A stretch of DNA of 64,000 nucleotides. It comes from Candidatus Rariloculus sp. (lineage in GTDB: Bacteria > Pseudomonadota > Gammaproteobacteria > Steroidobacterales > Rariloculaceae). The stretch is taken from positions 1,219,668-1,283,667 of the forward strand of contig NZ_OZ253579.1 in the NCBI RefSeq assembly GCF_965263005.1. The letters run 5' to 3'. This document shows positions 61,206 to 64,000 of the stretch, piece by piece (position 1 is the stretch's first letter; the number at the start of each line of letters is the position of its first letter). A program made the position numbers and the translations under genes. The notes under the pieces were generated by a model. The model was not told the DNA's origin. It saw only the letters and a program-made list of their open reading frames with translations, and ran no database searches.

Positions 61206-61592
61206 CCTGCGCGACCCGCCGTCGGTAATGGCAAGGCTATGTCCGCCGACAGGCAGGGCCTCGCGATTCGATGCCCCACTCGGCCTTCGACCCACGCATC
61301 GTTGTCTTCCGCATCAATGGCCGGCGAGTCTCCCTGCCGGTAACGCTCAAGCTGAATGACACGGCCAGGTTTGCCTCCGGTCCTTCGGAGTCTTCCAGCG
61401 TGCTCGGCGTGCGTCGATGCTGGCGATAACGGATATGATATTGCTGCCACAGGAAAACGCCGATGGCGGATACGAGTTGGATGGAAGCAATCTAACGGGG
61501 GCGCAGTCTGCCGACGGCGGAGCGTCGTCGCCGCCATGTAGCCAACTCCATGGCGATGGAAGACGGGCGGGCCGAGTTCGAAGGGTGACGGG

Positions 61593-62144
61593 ATGGCGGC
61601 AGACGAAGAAATTGCGCGCGTGCGCCGCGAGGCGCGGCAGCTCCTGTCGGCCGACGAGGTGGATCGTGCGATCGCCGGCATGGCGAAGCGGATCGAAGCG
61701 GTTTTCGCCGTCGCTGATCCGGTCATACTCGCCGTCATGCACGGCGGTGTTTTCACGGCGGTCAATCTTTGCAGACATTTCGACTTTCCGTACGAGCTCG
61801 CCTACGTCCACGCGAGCCGCTACGGCCGTGGACTGACGGGTGGTGCACTCGATTGGCGCGTCGAGCCGGACCGCGGGCTTGCCGGGCGGGCTGTGCTCGT
61901 CGTCGACGATGTGCTCGACCGCGGTGTGACACTGGGTAGCCTGTGCGGCAAGCTGCGCAGGCTTGAAGTCGCCACGCTCGGAGTTGCCGTGCTCGTTGCG
62001 AAAGACGTAAACGGCGAACCGGAGCGGCCGTGCCCGGATTTCGTCGGCATCACGACCGAAGATGTCTACCTGTTCGGCTGCGGGATGGACTACAAGGGTT
62101 ACTGGCGAGGCTTGCCGGCACTGTATGCGGTGCAGACACCATGA
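61593..62144 (+). CDS. hpt: Hypoxanthine-guanine phosphoribosyltransferase (full length)
   Basis: 183 aa. PRPP loop VLVVDDVLDRGVTL and C-terminal PDFVGITTEDVYLFGCGMDYKGYWRGLP. ATGA overlap with the next gene. Confidence 0.9.
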   Translation: MAADEEIARVRREARQLLSADEVDRAIAGMAKRIEAVFAVADPVILAVMHGGVFTAVNLCRHFDFPYELAYVHASRYGRGLTGGALDWRVEPDRGLAGRAVLVVDDVLDRGVTLGSLCGKLRRLEVATLGVAVLVAKDVNGEPERPCPDFVGITTEDVYLFGCGMDYKGYWRGLPALYAVQTP

Positions 62145-62893
62145 GCGACGACCTGGGCTTGATCATCGGCAGCGGTCTCGCTGCGCTCGGGCCGCGAATC
62201 GTCGCCAGCGAAACGGTCGAGACGCGGTTCGGGGCGCCCTCGAGTCCGGTGATGACCGTCGAGATAGAGAACCACCGGGTCGCGTGCATAGCAAGACACG
62301 GCTCGGCGCACTCGATCGCACCGCACGAGGTCAATTACCGTGCCAACGTCTGGGCGCTCCACGAGGCCGGCGTCCGGCGCCTGATCGCCGTTAACGTCGT
62401 CGGCGCGATCGGGGCAGGGTTCGCGCCCGGCGATCTCGCCGTTCCGGATCAATTGATCGACTATACGTCGGGGCGGGAATCGACCTACGGCGGCGACGAC
62501 TTCGAATCTCTGCACGTCGAGTTCACCGAGCCGTTCGATCCGGTCCTGCGGGGCCAGATTGCCGTTGCCGCTGTGGCTTGCGGGCATTCGATCCGGCGCG
62601 GCGTCTACGCCGTGATGCAGGGGCCGCGGCTCGAAACCGCAGCAGAGATCGATCGCCTCGAGCGCGACGGTTGCACGATGGTCGGCATGACTGCGATGCC
62701 AGAGGCCGTGCTGGCCCGCGAGCTTGGCGTCGATTATGCGTTGCTCGCCGTCGCCGTCAATTACGCGGCCGGGCGTTCGCCGGGCGCGGCGCCGATTCAC
62801 GGGCAGATCAGGAAGTCCATGGCGGACGGGATGGCCCGCGTGACGCAACTCCTCGCGAGACTGGTCCCGGAGCTTCTGCGCGGCACGAGCTGA
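62141..62893 (+). CDS. mtnP: S-methyl-5'-thioadenosine / thioinosine phosphorylase (PNP/MTAP family)
   Basis: 250 aa. IARHGSAHSIAPHEVNYRANVWAL and GCTMVGMTAMPEAVLARELG motifs of the MTAP family. Confidence 0.85.
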   Translation: MSDDLGLIIGSGLAALGPRIVASETVETRFGAPSSPVMTVEIENHRVACIARHGSAHSIAPHEVNYRANVWALHEAGVRRLIAVNVVGAIGAGFAPGDLAVPDQLIDYTSGRESTYGGDDFESLHVEFTEPFDPVLRGQIAVAAVACGHSIRRGVYAVMQGPRLETAAEIDRLERDGCTMVGMTAMPEAVLARELGVDYALLAVAVNYAAGRSPGAAPIHGQIRKSMADGMARVTQLLARLVPELLRGTS

Positions 62894-62933
62894 CCTCGGT
62901 CATTCCGGCCCGCCATCGCGGCACCGGACGTGA

Positions 62934-64000
62934 TCATGCCGCCGGCCTGCCGTCTTGCGCGTCCCCGTCGGTTGCCTCGGATGCCTCCGGAGCGGGCGTG
63001 ACGAGCATGAGCACACCGAATGCGGGATGGTCGAAGTAGTTCAACTCGCCGCTGCGTGTGCGGCGATTTTCCTCGATGTAGTAGTGCGGGGCGAGCTCGA
63101 TCTCGCTGAGCTCGGCCGAATCGGAAGACGCTGTCCTGCCTGGGGCGGCGGGTGTCTCGAAAGCGCGGGCCGCGCGCTCCGATTCGAAGTACGCGAGCCC
63201 GCGAGGCGCAAACCGGTAGTCGAGATCGAGCGTCAGATGGAGAAACCGCTGCAGGTGCAGTTGAATCGTTCCGGTCGGGTTGAATGACCCGAGACGAGAC
63301 AGCTCCAACGGCGCGGTCTCTGTCTCGCCGAGCGCCTCCTGGGACCAGCCGGCGTGCAGCAGCGGCCGATACGCCTCGAGTCGATCGAGTCTCGTGTAGG
63401 CGTCGGCGAGTTTGAGCTCTTCACCCCGCAGCACGCGGTAACGGAAGGTTCGCCCGGCCGGAGCGCCGTCCGCCAAATACGTGAATTCGCGGTCGAGTTC
63501 GTCGGCGTAGCGGGCCACCGGTTCCGTCCCGGCCGACGCGGCAAGCTGATCCTCCTGAAGTTGATCCTCGATTAGTCGATCGTCTGTCAGTTGATCCACG
63601 GTCGGTTGATCCAGGACGAGCTGATCCGGGGGCGGCACCGGCGACACGGGCGGCAGCTCGGCGGCAGGGACCGGAAGCTCAAGGAGAACCGGGATCGCGA
63701 GCTCTCCCGTCTCCGTGAAAGGCCCGAGGAGAGGCGGAATCACCAGCGCTCTGACCTCCGTGGGCGGAGTCTCGGGCAACGCTTCGAGTTCGCGCGCGGG
63801 ATCGAAAAGCCCATCCGGGCCGAAGACGAACCCTGGAACCGCTTTCAATTCGGGCAAGGGTCTCAGAATCCCTTCGAGCACGAGTTGCGGCCGGCCGGTC
63901 GGCAACTGTAGTCGAGGTGCGAATATCGAATCTGCCAACGTAACGGAGACCGGCGCCGGCCCGGTCTCTTCGTCTTCGGGATACGACCACACGAGTTCCG
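62934..64000 (-). CDS. CsiV-like (DUF2803) periplasmic protein, N-terminus outside window
   Basis: The C-terminal ...HYYIEENRRTRSGELNYFDHPAFGVLMLVTP resembles the CsiV family signature. No signal peptide appears at the in-window Met, so the ORF probably continues past 64000. Confidence 0.55.
   Translation of the reverse strand, partial: ELVWSYPEDEETGPAPVSVTLADSIFAPRLQLPTGRPQLVLEGILRPLPELKAVPGFVFGPDGLFDPARELEALPETPPTEVRALVIPPLLGPFTETGELAIPVLLELPVPAAELPPVSPVPPPDQLVLDQPTVDQLTDDRLIEDQLQEDQLAASAGTEPVARYADELDREFTYLADGAPAGRTFRYRVLRGEELKLADAYTRLDRLEAYRPLLHAGWSQEALGETETAPLELSRLGSFNPTGTIQLHLQRFLHLTLDLDYRFAPRGLAYFESERAARAFETPAAPGRTASSDSAELSEIELAPHYYIEENRRTRSGELNYFDHPAFGVLMLVTPAPEASEATDGDAQDGRPAA

Noticed and set aside
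60747-61295. 182 aa minus-strand ORF overlapping the small PRTase-loop ORF
   Set aside because: Its composition is rich in Arg, Ser and Gly without motifs. The plus-strand ORF has a strong SD, a recognisable motif and more protein-like composition.
61206-61592. Possible small genes in the spacer upstream of the intact hpt. Examples are the plus-frame MPHSAFDPRIVVFRINGRRVSLPVTLKLNDT... and the antisense GKPGRVIQLERYRQGDSPAIDAEDNDAWVEG...
   Set aside because: I recognise no family, there is no convincing RBS, and the two candidates are mutually antisense so at most one could be real. I treat the segment as unassigned and possibly degraded island DNA.
63545-63625. Cluster of six GATC sites within ~80 bp (possible SeqA/Dam-regulated or origin-like element)
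   Set aside because: It lies inside the CsiV-like coding region. It is explained by a repetitive D-Q-L / L-I-x peptide segment (DQLVLDQPTVDQLTDDRLIEDQLQEDQL) encoded on the minus strand. No DnaA boxes or AT-rich unwinding element are nearby.

Overview
High-GC, almost fully coding stretch of a gammaproteobacterial chromosome. The taxonomic call is inferred from gene order only. The backbone is housekeeping and highly syntenic. Left to right: pstS(partial)-pstCAB; dapD-glnD-map on the minus strand; rpsB-tsf-pyrH-frr-cdsA-rseP-bamA-skp-lpxD-fabZ-lpxA-lpxB-rnhB-dnaE-accA-tilS; pyrG-eno-ftsB; an Smr-domain gene (minus); surE-pcm-yqaA-nlpD; a DUF498 gene (minus); prfB (with its +1 frameshift)-lysS; ygfZ (minus); DUF1674-sdhCDAB; vapBC and a decayed higB / intact higA; sdhE-ygfX; rpoE-rseABC; a glutaredoxin-like gene; lepB-rnc-era-recO-acpS; an exonuclease-like gene; rlmD; nagZ; a TonB-dependent receptor (minus); hpt-mtnP; and a partial CsiV-like gene (minus). 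I found no rRNA, tRNA or CRISPR array.

Four things are not explained by the backbone:
1. A ~3.4 kb accessory patch at about 58.2-61.6 kb. It holds an IS110-family transposase relic, a 3'-truncated second copy of hpt, a PIF1-family helicase with a WYL-like C-terminal domain, and a small ORF with a PRTase-loop-like motif. A ~441 bp direct repeat of the hpt 5' part brackets it.
2. An unusual density of short tandem duplications. Two of them amplify overlapping stop/start gene junctions (49 bp x4 at rseC/grx-like, 37 bp x3 at rnc/era). One is an in-frame 132 bp x2 duplication inside rseP.
3. A 158 bp palindromic, MITE-like element present twice in opposite orientations, with apparently compensatory changes in its terminal stem.
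4. Toxin-antitoxin loci and mobile-DNA debris wedged between sdhB and sdhE.

Several genes that usually occupy conserved slots are absent from those slots: uppS, dxr, ispD/ispF, lepA, kdsA, rpoS and phoU. Many long ORFs in the six-frame track are antisense or off-frame shadows of real genes, as expected at this GC content, and were not called.
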